From assembly GCF_000143415.4 (NCBI RefSeq), contig NW_003314266.1, positions 2,757,745 through 2,821,744 of the forward strand: DNA of 64,000 nucleotides, read 5' to 3'. Each line of letters opens with the position of its first letter. Position 1 is the first letter of the stretch. Positions 1 to 12,200 of this stretch are shown here, one piece after another. The notes beneath the pieces are model-generated. The model was not told the DNA's origin. It worked only from the letters and a program-made list of their open reading frames with translations, and searched no databases. Made by a program: the position numbers and the translations under genes. This stretch comes from Selaginella moellendorffii. Its lineage: Eukaryota; Plantae; Lycopodiophyta.

Positions 1-363
1 AAGCAAGTGTACTCTAGCAAAGCTCGAGACGATACATATATAGCTGAAACAGACACAGACCCGGGTAAGCCAGTGTGCCAACTTTGGGAACTGACTTTGT
101 TTTGTGGCCATGCTCTTTAGGCTCCAAGGCGGCAATGTTGCAACATTCTAAATCCACACGAGCAGGAAAAACATCATTTGGAAATAAAAGATTGTTAGCT
201 GAGAGCTCGATGTATTAAAATTGTTTTTGAGTTATTTCGATCCACATCCAGATTCAGGTACACGTTCATATTTTCGTCTCGAGAGCTAAATCAGGTGTCA
301 CGATTACAGGATTATTTCACCGTGATGGTATAAATTAATCTTTTGAGGCTGTCTCACGCAGCA

Positions 364-2256
364 ATGGAATTCGCTTCCCGGTTTCTCCTCATTTCGTGCC
401 TCATTGCTGTAGCTTCATTCTGTTTTGCAGCTGCAGGTCGCTGTCACTCTCACTGCTATTGCTTGCCTCCCCAACGATGCTTCCCATCTCCTCCAGTTTG
501 GCATTCTTTCAGCAAGGACATTGGTGGTCGACTGATCCAAGCAAGGTAAAGAGTCCTCTTCAACATTCTGATTCACTGGAAACACACGCTTCGTTTCTCC
601 TTTCTCTTCCAGGCCAGCTGCGTATCCGTGCCACGATCCACACTATGACGAAGCAGCCTGCAAAGTTGCCAAAACAAAGTGGACTGATGCACTGTGGAGG
701 TCGGACCAAGTTGGCGCTTCTCAGCATCCCCAGTGGGACTCGTTCAAGCAGCAAAAGTGCCTTATCAACTCTAACGACACTTGCTACCAGGGTGCTGTTC
801 CAATTTATGCCGTGGATGTGCGCCAGGCCGATGACGTGTCCAAGGCATTTGCTTTTGCCACTAAGCACCACATCCGTGTGATTGTCAAGAACACTGGCCA
901 CGACTACCTTGGACGCAGTGACGGGAGAGGCGCTCTCAGCATCTGGACTCACAACCTCAAGACGATCGATTTCTCGGACAACTTCGAACGATTCCAGTGT
1001 CCATTCGACAGCAAAGACGGCCAAGTGTCGGCTGTGACTGTGGGAGCTGGCGTCCAGTTTGGAGAACTGTACAAGGCTGTTGCTGCGCAAAACAAAATCG
1101 TCATTGGTGCCTTCAGTGCGAGGTAAGTTATCTCTCTTGAATTTCTCTTGATGATCCAACTTGAGCTTTTGACCCTCCCAGTGTTGGTGCTGCGGGAGGA
1201 TACGTCGGAGGTGGCGGACACAGCGTTCTTGCGCCAACTTATGGCCTCCCAGCCGACAACATCCTCGAGATCAACGTGGTGACACCTGATGGAAGCTACT
1301 TCGTGGCCAACGAGTGCCAGAACAAGGATCTCTTCTGGGCTCTCCGGGGTGGCGGCCCGGCAACGTTTGGCGTGGTTCTCAGCGTCACTTACAGGACACA
1401 CCCGGCACCGGCAGCTGTCACCAACGTCCACCACGAGGTCTCAGCCAACGATTCTTCCAGCCTGAGGGACTTCATCGCCGAGTACGCCAGGCTCATGCCA
1501 TCCATCGCAGACAAGGGATATGGAGGAAGCTTTGTCGCCCTTCCCAATGCCGGTCACTTGAACTACGTTCTCCCTGGAGGCAACCAGAGCGCAGCACAGC
1601 AGGACTGGCAGCCACTGGTGGACTTCGCGGCCAGCCACCCCGGGCTCAAGGTGCTCCAGAGAGTCACCATGTTTCCAAACTTCTATGCCTTCTTCAACGC
1701 CACCCTGTGCAACAGGTTTAAAACGCAGTGCACGGACCTGACGGGAACCAACGAGATCCTGGCCAGCAGGCTTCTTCCCAGGTCGCTGTTTGTCAACTCC
1801 CCGGACGCCATCGCCGACGCCTACATGGACATCCTCACCAGGAACTCGAGCAACGGCGCCAGGAACTTCATCCTCACCATGAGCGTTGGTGGTGGAGCTG
1901 GAGCTCTGGGTGACGAGCACAGTGCTGCGCTGAATCCTGCGTGGAGGAAGGCCCTGTGGCACACTATCATCCAGGCCGTGTGGGACGACGATGCAAGCGG
2001 CGATGTGATCCAGCACAAGTTTGTGGACATCACGAATGCGAACCAGGTGTTTAGAGACTTGGCACCGGAGTCTGGGAGCTACATGAACGAGGCCGATTAC
2101 AACGAGCCGGATTGGCAGACGTCGTTCTTCGGTGAGCACTACGAGAGGCTTGGCGAGATCAAGGCGCAGGTTGATCCCCATGACGTGCTGGCGTGCCGCA
2201 ACTGCGTTGGAAGCGAGGCATGGGACACTGATTTCTTCTGTAGGAAAGATCACTAA
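364..2256 (+). CDS. Secreted FAD-linked oxidoreductase (VAO/PCMH, BBE-like fold; fungal isoamyl-alcohol-oxidase type)
   Basis: Three exons (364-545, 613-1122, 1182-2256) splice in frame at GT-AG. The protein has a hydrophobic signal peptide, the FAD-attachment motif VKNTGHDYLGRS, VGAAGGYVGGGGHS, DLFWALRGGG and the C-terminal BBE motif GSYMNEAD...FFGEHYERLGEIKAQVDP. Confidence 0.9.
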
Positions 2257-2664
2257 ACTATGATGTGCCCACATTTCTAACATACTGTTTTTTGAGCTTT
2301 AAAAATTATTCTAATATTACTTGGTGAGTTCTGCTCAGTTGAGAAAGCTAGTGTGTTTTGCATTTTTATGTTGGAGGTTCAAGGTCGACCCTTTTGATTT
2401 CCATTATCCATTTATTATCCATTGGGACATTTATCACATGGCTACAAGATGTTTCATAGTTTGTTTACATAAAACTTTACAGTGCGTGTTTAACCACACT
2501 CAATGGACAGCTTGCACCATTTACACGATTTTCTTCAGCTCCATCACCAGAATAGCTTTTGATTGTCTTACTTCCTATTCAAGCACCACTTTCCAACCAA
2601 CTTCAAACTCGCCTTTGCTGTTGTTCGATCCAACTCTTCTTTGTGCTGTGGAACAGATGAGTCC

Positions 2665-4200
2665 CAATGCCACCAACTTTGTGCACACCTTGAGAGCAGC
2701 CATGAAAGTCCAGGCGTTTGGGAGGATCTGGAAGTGCTAGAGCTCCAGTGTCGTCATCTTCTGAGTAGCTGAGGATTCCAGGCTTGGGATTTTATCGAAG
2801 GCCTGCAGCTTCCACACTTGGCATACATGTGAACGAACGTGCTGGCTACAAACACGTCTGTGACAAGTCCCTGGGAGTGGATTGCCATTCCTACTTCCAT
2901 CGCTTCACTTTGATGAGCTTGCCGTCGACTTTCTGCCGTTCCTCTTTCACCACGACGAGAGTCCAGGCCTCGAGAGCTGTGACAAAAGATCGAGAATCCC
3001 GTTCGACGACACCACTGTTCTACAAGCCAAGACCCTCCTGGCATCGACCAGGCATCACACCTGGCGTACATGTCCACCAGCGTGCTGGCCACCATGGTAT
3101 CCGAGTCGCAGCGGCAGCTTACAGCTTGTGCGTGGATGCGTTTGCCTCTGGACAGCGATTCTAGCTTCACAATCCTTCCATCGAGTTCTCATCCGGCTCC
3201 CTCGACACAAGACCAATGCAGGCCCTGAGAGCAGCCATGAAGGTGAGGGAGTTGGCGATGGAGTAGGCCTCCTGGTCTTGCAAGCAGTCGAAGACTTCCA
3301 GAGCCATCTCGTCACAGTTTTCAATGTAGCCGAGCGTGAGGGCTGGCCAAAAGTATGAGCATGCTGCCACACTCGGAGTACCTGTCGCCCAAGGGAGCTG
3401 GCAACGAACAAGTTACCGTCGAAGCCACTTCGAGTAGCTTTCAAGTGCAAGGCCATGCCACAGCCAGGACACTTCACTTTGACGAGCCTGTCGTGGATCT
3501 CCTGGCCGGTGTCCTTGTTACACGCTTTGAGAACCGCCATGAAGCTTCTATCATCCGGGGAGAAGCCCTAAGCTTCCATGGACCAGAAAGTTCCAGAGCG
3601 AGCTCTTCCTCGCCTCTCTCTGCGTAGCCGAGAATCAACGAGTTCCACGACACCACAGTCCGCCCCGCCATCCTGTCAAAGACCATCCGAGCATCGAGCA
3701 GGCTGCCACACTTGGAGTACATGTCTTAGCCAAGGAACTCACAGCCGGAAGTCACAGCTCGGGAGTGGATTTCCATGCCCCGTTCGAGGCTCCTGTCACC
3801 ACCACCTTGTTCTCGGGCCCGAGTATAGGTTGCTCGTCTTCCTTGGCCGCGACGCTGGTGCAAGCTTTGAGAGCGGGCACAAAGTTTCCCGGGTGGCAGG
3901 CTGTAGTCGGACTCCATCTTCGAGAAGAGGTCGAGGGCAAGCTCTCCCTGGCCGCTGTCCGTGTAGCGGAGCATGAGGGCGTTCCAGGGGACAGCAGTGG
4001 CGTAGCAGCAGTCGAGAATGGAGTCGAAGACGAGGCGAGCCTCGGCAAGTGAGTGGCGGTGCTAGCGTGTGGCTGCGATCTCGGATGCAAGCAGCGTGAA
4101 TAAGCTTCCCGGCCTCCAGGTCCCGGGTGCTGCTGCCAGTGAGGGCTTTGAAGCGCTGCCTCGTCTTCCCTGAAGAACTGTCACTAGGGTGGGAAAGGAT
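2665..4200 (-). pseudogene. PLS-class PPR pseudogene
   Basis: Fragments [37 protein letters not shown] and VASTLVDMYARC are spread over several frames with many frameshifts. Confidence 0.9.
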
Positions 4201-4546
4201 GGAGAAACACTCGCCCGAGGGTTCTAAAGGTATTAAGTAAAAGTTCAGTACATTTCTTCTGTGAGAAATCTGCAGGAATTTCTGGTTGCATTCACAGAGA
4301 ACCCAGATGATCCAGTAAGTTCTATCTCAGTCTAGAGAAAGAAATTTGCTCTTGAAAGTTTTCTTTGGACTAAGCTGGATTTGCTGGCTTACAAACGAGC
4401 TCATTATGTTTCTAGGAAATCACTCTCGAGAAAAATACAATTCTACGGGTGTCCTATCGAGGCAAGATTGCAATCCATTTGCTTGAGAAATGTCGTGTGT
4501 AGGAAGTTACTTGTAGAAAGCACTTCAATACCTGTTAGATGAGATT

Positions 4547-4880
4547 TACAGTTTGGAAATCCTTTTGGTTGTGAAACCAGGCAACTCCATCACCTCTCTT
4601 AGAATCGTTGAGTTTTCTTCTTCATCGCCCACTTCCAGGCCACTTCCTCAAAGAGCGAGGAAAGCTCCTCCTCTTCTCGCATGAACTCCTCGTCCATGGA
4701 ACTCGTCTTTCCACTCCCAGAAACGCGCTCCCAGCCTTCCTCGTCATCATTAGCTACTCGCGACTCCACTTCGCCAAAGAGCTTGTAGAGCAGCTCTTCC
4801 TCTTGCAAATACCAGGCTCTCTCTTTGCACAATTCATTTGCTGCCCATGTGAAGTCCATCTTCACTCCTTATTGATCACA
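4547..4880 (-). pseudogene. Frameshifted copy of the acidic ORF at 6437-6826
   Basis: Near-identical to 6437-6826, but a 13-nt deletion between GAAG repeats shifts the frame. Confidence 0.7.
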
Positions 4881-5489
4881 AGCGCGATAGATCTTCTCTC
4901 GAAAGTAATAGTTATAATCCCATTATTTATATACTAATATTTTTCCTTTTGCAAGGGATGGGGGCACGTTTGCCCAGGATCTTCCATCTTCTTATAAGCC
5001 TTGGAGAGCCAGGAGTGACGTTAATACTGGTGGAGCTCAGGTGAATTGCAAGCATGGTCGGCTGCCAGTTTGAGATCCAAAAGTTCCCATGAAATTTAGG
5101 TCGTCATCTTTTCAATCTCTTTAACAATTCAAAACGTTTATGCACGTATTTCCAGCTAGTGCTTTCTAGCATTAAAGTGACTGTAAGGTGGGATTCATTT
5201 TTTACTCATCCCGTGAAGCCAGTACGTCCAGGTTCCACGGTCTATACCTCCCATCGCTCCATCGGCTCATCGCATGATCCATGCAGGTGATGATATATAA
5301 AACTGGAAAAAAAAAACCACGTAGCTATAGCTTTGCAATCTCCTTATCCATTCATTTCATATATGGTTTTCATCAAGAGATCCACGCTCGTCCGGCCAGT
5401 GTCACCAGTTCTCAATGGATCACGGCAGCTTTCGGTTTCAGCAACAACACCAAAACGCTGCTGTGCATCTTCAGCCACATTTACCAGGA

Positions 5490-5935
5490 GTTTCCATACC
5501 AGAATCGCCACCTCTTCTTCAAGCCGCCTACACCACCGTTTTCGAAGATCATCACCCACATGAAACAGCCTTTGGCGGCACCGCCGTCCGAGTTCTACCC
5601 TGTCGCTGGCCGGATCTCCGTCCGCGAGGACATGCGAATGCAGCTCGAATGCAACGATCATGGCGTCATGTTCAGCGAGGCGTCGTGCGATCGCCCACTT
5701 CCCAAAGGCGACAAGTTTGATCTGGACCCCGAGTTCCTGCTGGAGCTGTCTCAAGCTCCTGGCACGAGAAGGATCTCAAGTGGCCGTGGCCGGCTGATGC
5801 TCCACGCCTTTTCATCCAGGTACATAAGATCTCACAACGTGTATCTAAAGACAATGTTATACTTTCAAGGTGAGCGAGTTTTCGTACGGAGGCTTCTGCG
5901 TGGCGATGAAGTACAGCCACGAGCTCATGTCACGA
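5490..5935 (+). pseudogene. BAHD acyltransferase N-terminal remnant
   Basis: EFYPVAGRI...LECNDHGVMFSEASCD is followed after an intron by VSEFSYGGFCVAMKYSH. The HxxxD motif is broken and the C-terminal half (DFGWG) is absent. Confidence 0.75.
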
Positions 5936-6359
5936 GTTCTCGTGGGGGATGGCCATGGTACAAGCTCCAGCGAGTGGGCGAATGTATTACTTCCCCGGCA
6001 AAGAGAAAGGCAGTGTGGATCTCTACATCACGCTGCAACACCAGGCAATGGAAAAGCTGGAAAATGACGCATCATTCGGGGACATGTGTTTGATTTGATT
6101 TATACAGGAGGTAGTTACTAGTTATTGTATCCTCCAAAGTGGATATGTATATTTATATTGTTTGTTCTGTACGTGACCTTCTTCTCTTTTATTTTATCTC
6201 CAGCTATTGGTCCCTCTGGTTGATGCTGAAGAAATCTAGAGGTACATAAGTTTGTTAACGTTTAGTTTTAATTCGCCCTTTGGCGTGATTGATTCGATCG
6301 TTGCCATATACTATGTTTGCAAAAAGAGCACCAATATAGATTTCCTTAAACAAAAGTGT

Positions 6360-8905
6360 ATTTGTAAAGGAAAAGTTGTATATAAATAATGGGATTATTA
6401 ATTTAAGGGCTAACTATTGCTTTTGAGAGAAGATCTATGGCGCTTGGGTGTGGCGTAGCTATGCTTGATGATCAGCTGTGGATGAATAAAGGAGTGAAGA
6501 TGGACCTCACATGGGCAGCAAACGAATCGCGCAAAGAGAGAGCCTGGTATTTGCAAGAGGAAGAGCTCCTCTACAAGCTCTTTGGCGAAGTGGAGTCGCG
6601 AGTAGCTAATGATGACGAGGAAGGCTGGGAGCGCGTTTCTGGGAGTGGAAAGACGAGTTCCATGGACGAGGAGTTCATGCGAGAAGAGGAGGAGCTTTCC
6701 TCGCTCTTTGAGGAAGTGGCCTGGAAGGCAAACCATGAAGTGGGCGATGAAGAAGAAAACTCAACGATTCTAAGAGAGGTGATGGAGTTGCTTGGTCTCA
6801 CAACCAAAAGGATTTCCAAACTGTAAATCTCATCTAACAGGTATTGAAGTGCTTTCTACAAGTAACTTCCTACACACGACATTTCTCAAGCAAATGCCTC
6901 GATAAGACACCGTAGAATTGTATTTTTCTCGAGAGTGATTTCCTAGAAACATAATGTGCTCGTAGTGATCTGTTTGTAAGCCAGCAAATCCAGCTTAGTC
7001 CAAAGAAAACTTTCAAGAGCAAATTTCTTTCTCTAGACTCAGATGATTATCAACAGTGGCGATTTTGATCGCGTTCCTCAAAGAGAACGCTGAGAACTTA
7101 AGGATCATCTGGGTTCTCTGTGAATGCAACCAGAAATTCCTGCAGAGAGGAAAGATTTCTCACAAAGGAAATGTACTAAACTTTTACTTAATACCCTCGA
7201 AGTATGCGGAAGATCGTCTCGGATCGCTGGAGAGCAGCAGCGGCAGCAAAGCGCGTGAGTGTTTCTCCATCCTTCTACCCATCACAGTGACAGTTCTTCA
7301 GCAGCGCTTCAAAGTCCCGGTGTCTTTGTCACGGTCTCGGCGGTCAAGGCGGGCCACGAAGCTCATTCACGCCGCTTCCATCCAAGATGGCAGCCACACA
7401 GACGTCTTCGTGGCCAGCACCGCCATCAGCATGTACTCGCGATGAGGCTCGCCTCGTCTTCGATTCCATTCTTGACTGCTGCTACGCCACTGCTAACGCC
7501 CTCATGCTCGGCTACACGGACAGGGAGAGCTCGATCTCGACCTCTTCTCGAAGATGGAGTCCGACTACAGCCTGCCACTTGACCCGGGAACTTTTGTGGC
7601 CGCTCTCAAAGCTTGCACCAGCGTCGCGGCCAAGGAAGACGAGCAACCTATACTCCGGCCCGAGAACAAGTTGGTGGTGAAGTTCAGGAGCCTCGAACGG
7701 GGCGAGTTCCTTGGCTTCGTCATGAACAGCCTCGTCGACATGTACTCCAAGTGTGGCAGTGCTCGGATGGTCTTCGACAGGATGGCGGGGCGGACTGTGG
7801 TGTCGTGGAACTCATTGATTCTCGGCTACGCAGAGAGAGGCGAGGAAGAGCCCGCTCTGGAACTTTTCTGGTCCATGGAAGCTCAGGGCGTCTCCCCGGA
7901 TGATAGAAGCTTCATGGCCGTTCTCAAAGCGTGTACCAAGGACACCGGCCAGGAGATCCACGACAGGCCAAAGTGAAGTGTCTTGGCTGCGGCATGGCCT
8001 TGCACTTGAAAGCTACTCGAAGTGGCTACGACGGTAACTTGTTCGTTACCAGCTCCCTTGGTCGACAGGTACTCCGAGTGTGGCAGCATGCTCATACTTT
8101 TGGCCAGCCCTCACGCTTGGCTACGTTGAAAACGGTGACGAGAGGCTGGTTCTGGAAGTCTTCGATCACTTGCAAGATCTGGAGGCCTACGCCAACTCCC
8201 TCACCTTCGTGGCTGCTCAAGGCCTGCATTGAACCGGATCTAGAACTCGGATGGAAGGATTGTAAAGCTAGAATCGCTGTCCAGGGGCAAACGCATCCAC
8301 GCACAAGCTGTAAGCTGCCGCTGTGACTCGGATACCATGGTGGCCAGCACGCTGGTGGACATGTACGCCAGGTGCAGTACCCTGGTCGATGCCAGGAGGG
8401 TCTTCGACTGCATGCCTTGTAGAACACTGATGTCGTTAAACGTCCTATTGCTCGGCTACGCAGAGAATAACGAGGTCGTGCTCGACCTCGACTTGTTCTC
8501 TGGGCTGATGGCTGGCAGTGACGCACCGGATGCTCGATCTTTTGTCACACCTCTCAAGGCCTGCGCTCTCGTCGTGGTAAAAGAGGATGGGCATAAAGTC
8601 GATGGCAAGCTTGTCAAAGTGAAGGCGATGGAAGCAGGAATGCCAACTCCCAGGCCAGACTTGACACGGACGTGTTCGTAGCTAGCACGCTCGTAGACAT
8701 GTACACCAAGTGTGGAAGCTTGTTGGACTCGCAAGGCCTTTGACAATATCCCAGCTCAAGCCCTTCTCTGGACGTCGCTTATCCTCAGATACTGAGAGGA
8801 CGACGAGCCCCAGCTGACACTGGAGCTCTTCTCGCAAATGCAGCACTTCCAGATCCTCCCAAACGCCCAGACTTTCATGGGCGTGCACAAAGTTGGCGGT
8901 GTTAG
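6360..8905 (+). repeat. Right arm of the large inverted duplication
   Basis: Inverted match to 2665-4953. Confidence 0.9.
6437..6826 (+). CDS. Hypothetical acidic 129-aa protein
   Basis: ATG-started intronless ORF with an internal repeat (EEELLYKLFGEV / EEELSSLFEEV). No recognised family. Confidence 0.4.
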   Translation: MALGCGVAMLDDQLWMNKGVKMDLTWAANESRKERAWYLQEEELLYKLFGEVESRVANDDEEGWERVSGSGKTSSMDEEFMREEEELSSLFEEVAWKANHEVGDEEENSTILREVMELLGLTTKRISKL

Positions 8906-9370
8906 AACAAAGTAGTGAAGTCGTGCTGGAAAGGTGGCAGTGGTGAAGCTGAAAGCTCTAGAGATTGGCCATGACATCCATGCTCAGGCCTCTAGAGCTT
9001 TGAGTGAATTGGAGCTCTTCGTTTTCAACCTCACCATCGATAAGTACTCCAGCAGTGGCTCCATGGACGATGCCTGGTGAGTGTTTGACACCATGGCGGC
9101 GAGAGACATGCCTGATGCTTGGCTACACCGAGAACTCCCAGCCGCAGCTCGTCTCTCAAGCTGCTACCCAACGAACGGTTCCCAAATGCTCGAGCGTACG
9201 ACGTGCCAGTTGGGATTTTCAAATGCCAGATGGGCAATTAAAAATAAAACTGCTCTCAAATCCTAGCTCCGCGCTGGATGTGGAGCTTGGCCGAAAGATC
9301 CACAGCGAGCTCTCCAGATTCGGCCTTGAAAGCAATCCAGTGGCGACAATTCCCTCGTCAGAATTCTAGG
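7250..9370 (+). pseudogene. PLS-class PPR pseudogene
   Basis: Repeated [21 protein letters not shown] and TFVAALKAC motifs are interrupted by stops and frameshifts. Confidence 0.9.
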
Positions 9371-9594
9371 ACTAGGACTAATTAGGACTATAGATAACTA
9401 TAAAACTGAACAATTAGGACTTTATCATTACAATAGTTATAGGTCGACTCGTTTCTGATAAAGTCCAGTTTTGGCAATTGTATTGATCTATTTTGTTTAA
9501 CACTGACAGGACTGCTGGCTAGTGTAGAGAAGGATTGCTTTGCTCATCATTGTCTTCTGGGAAATTCGTTGGATCTTCTTCATGAAGCAAATCA

Positions 9595-9619
9595 TGCGGT
9601 GAGCGTGGATCGAACACGC

Positions 9620-9650
<31 letters not shown>

Positions 9651-9667
9651 CACTGAGCTATCCCCGC
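9595..9667 (-). tRNA. tRNA-Phe (GAA)
   Basis: Minus strand GCGGGGATAGCTCAGTGGGGAGAGCGTCAGACTGAAGATCTGAAGGTCGCGTGTTCGATCCACGCTCACCGCA: 73 nt, GAA anticodon, TTCGA T-loop. It matches plant cytosolic tRNA-Phe apart from one D-loop base. Confidence 0.97.
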
Positions 9668-9714
9668 TTAATTGATATATCTTTAATGAAAACTTACCTT
9701 TAAACTAATGGCCT

Positions 9715-9723
9715 AAACCCTAA
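9715..9723 (+). promoter_or_regulatory. Telo-box (AAACCCTAA) upstream of PurN
   Basis: Exact motif ~45 nt before the ATG at 9766. Confidence 0.5.
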
Positions 9724-9765
9724 GCCCTAAGGACAGGGACTTCCACTGAATGATCCCAGGAAGCG

Positions 9766-10868
9766 ATGGAAGCAGCGGCGGCGGGAGCACGCGCGCTGCT
9801 AGTTCTTCCTTCCCGATCTCCATTCCAGGAACCTAGATTTGCATTCCCTGTTCGATGCGCTCCAATTCCAATCGCGCAGCGGCATTTCTTTCCTCCTCCG
9901 CGGAGCTGGGATTCCCATTGCCGTCGCCCTCTTCTTAGGTTTTCCTGCTGCCTCAGAGAAGCACAAGGCGATCCCGCCACGAGGAGGAAGCGCCTGGCTG
10001 TTTTCGTGTCCGGCGGCGGATCAAACTTTCGGAGCATTCACAAGGCGACGATCGATGGCACTGTTCTTGGAGACGTGGTGATCGTTGTCTCGGACAAGCC
10101 AGGTTAGTTCTTGGTTTTTTCCATGGATAGAATCCATAGCAATCCAGCTAGAGTTTCATTCTTTTGTCCTGGATTTAGAATGCAAGGCTTGCGAGTACGC
10201 TCGAGAGCACGGGATTTCGGTGGCGTACTATCCGAGAACAAAGTTTGCTCCAGATGGAGTGTCTCCAAACGAGCTCGTGGAAATTCTCAGGTTGGCCTTA
10301 TGCTTTTCTTTTGCTAAAAGAGTTTACCTGTGATCGATCTTTGGCAGGCATCAAAGAGTGGATTTCGTGCTGCTGGCCGGCTACTTAAAGTTGATACCAA
10401 AAGAGCTCGTGGAAGCGTTTCCTCGAGCGATCCTCAACATCCACCCCGCGCTCCTCCCGGCATTTGGAGGCAAAGGTTTCTATGGAATCAAAGTCCACGA
10501 GGCTGTCATCGCTTCCGGCGCTCGGTAACTTCCACCTTTCATCGTTCTCTTGCTCTAAATTCTTGCAACTTTTAACAGTGTCTCGGGCCCAACGATCCAT
10601 TTCGTGGATGAGAAGTATGATCACGGGAGTATTCTTGCGCAGCGAACAGTTCCGGTTCTAGAGACGGACACGCCGCAAGACTTGGCAGCCAGAGTACTGG
10701 AACAAGTACGTGGTTTGATTGTTCTTGAGTTACGATTGGTTTTTGGATGGGATTTGCCACCGACAGGAGCACGCACTGTATGTGGAAGCTGTGGCTGCTC
10801 TCTGCGAAGAAAGGATTGAATGGAGTGGCGATGGAGTTCCTCGCATGCGCGAAAAGGAGCTAGCTTAA
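9766..10868 (+). CDS. PUR3: Phosphoribosylglycinamide (GAR) formyltransferase, plastid-targeted
   Basis: Five exons (9766-10102, 10179-10290, 10348-10524, 10579-10705, 10767-10868). Transit-like N-terminus, then LAVFVSGGGSNF, LLAGYLKL, ILNIHPALLPAFGG and GPTIHFVDEKYDHG. Confidence 0.95.
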
Positions 10869-10941
10869 CTGTGAGGTATTTCGATCTTTCTATATACCAT
10901 TTTCCAGAGAAAACATATAATTTACAGGCAAATCATCTCAC

Positions 10942-12200
10942 TCATGGGTTTTGTCCCTGTTCCTCATCCCGGATTCTTTGTTCTGGAGTAGAATTTCGTG
11001 CTCGTAACAACGCCAACGCCAAAGACAATGCAATGCCCAGAAGACCAGCCATTGTTATCGAAAGCAATGCCTCGATATGTAGCTGCAAAAACAAAACATA
11101 AATTTCATAAAGATGGTTAAGGACTCCACCATTTGGTAGAATAAGTGTGCGAGCGATATCACAAGCCCAATTTGAGTTGCCGAAAGAAGCCATATAAACT
11201 TTTGTTCCACTGGAAAATAATTAAAATATAAGAAAATTGAGAAAAAAAAGGACCAAATTACCAAATACAGTCCCTGTAATGGACGTGGTAATTCCAAATA
11301 ATAGTCCAAAAGGCAGTGCCAAGATCAGTGCCTGATTACCGTTCTGCTTGATCTGCATAAAAAACTTCATGAGTTGAATCAAAATCTTCTCATGTACCAG
11401 CATTTGTTCCAGGAAGCAGAAGTAAGTCACGCTAGCGATTATGCTAATCCAGAGCCTGCAGCGTAAGAAGTCAAGCAAGCAAACCAAAAAAGAAATTTCT
11501 TACATCACCTCCACTCAAGCATGCTAAAGCTAAGCCCTTGATGATCAAGTTGCTGGTTTAAACTTTGAGTAGCGTTTTCGAGCCGGAGTGTGACCGGAAG
11601 GTTGACAACTTCCTGGCCGCAAACATCACACTGTCGATTCCCTCGAATGCCAAACCACTTGAGAGCGCAATCTTGATGGGCCAGTGCCAGGCCGCCTTTG
11701 CAGGAACACTCGAGCCTGAGAGTGGAGCTTGTCTCTTGGGTGAGATCACAGAGGCAAATTCTACAAGATAGATCTTCCTCCGAGGATACCTCGTCGTGAT
11801 CATCTCCTAGATTTACACACGTGTTCTCAGTTCTCATGAGCATTTGGAGAAACATCAAGATTGCGATGTTTTACCTTGCTTTGGACGAGGAGTCACAGGT
11901 TTTACCAAATAAGTTCCGGAATACAGCCTTGTTAACTCCTTCTTCGTGTGTTCTTCCATTGGGCCGGAGATAGAACGCTGCACTGCTTTCTTCTCATGCT
12001 GAAAGATCTAGCACCAACTTGTAGGTGAAGAACAAAGGAAGGAAAATTAGAAAGACCTTTGATCCAAGTGAAACCGATTGAGAGTTGTATTTCTTACTCC
12101 AGCTGGGAGTTCTTGGAAGCATTCTCTTGGGATCATTGTCTGGTGGTGGTACCTCAAGCCTCAACCTTGGCCGAATTCGTGTTGTGTCCTTGGCATCCAT
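10942..12200 (-). CDS. RING-CH (RINGv/MARCH-type) E3 ubiquitin ligase with C-terminal membrane helices
   Basis: CRIC...ECSCKG...AHQDCALKWF...CDVC (C4HC3) is followed by hydrophobic exons (ALILALPFGLLFG, SITMAGLLGIAL). Multi-exon; the ATG at 12200 directly follows an acceptor. Confidence 0.85.

Larger units (their letters stand above)
2665..4953 (-). repeat. Left arm of a large inverted duplication (PPR pseudogene plus acidic ORF)
   Basis: The reverse complement aligns by eye with ~6360-8905, including non-coding sequence. Confidence 0.9.
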
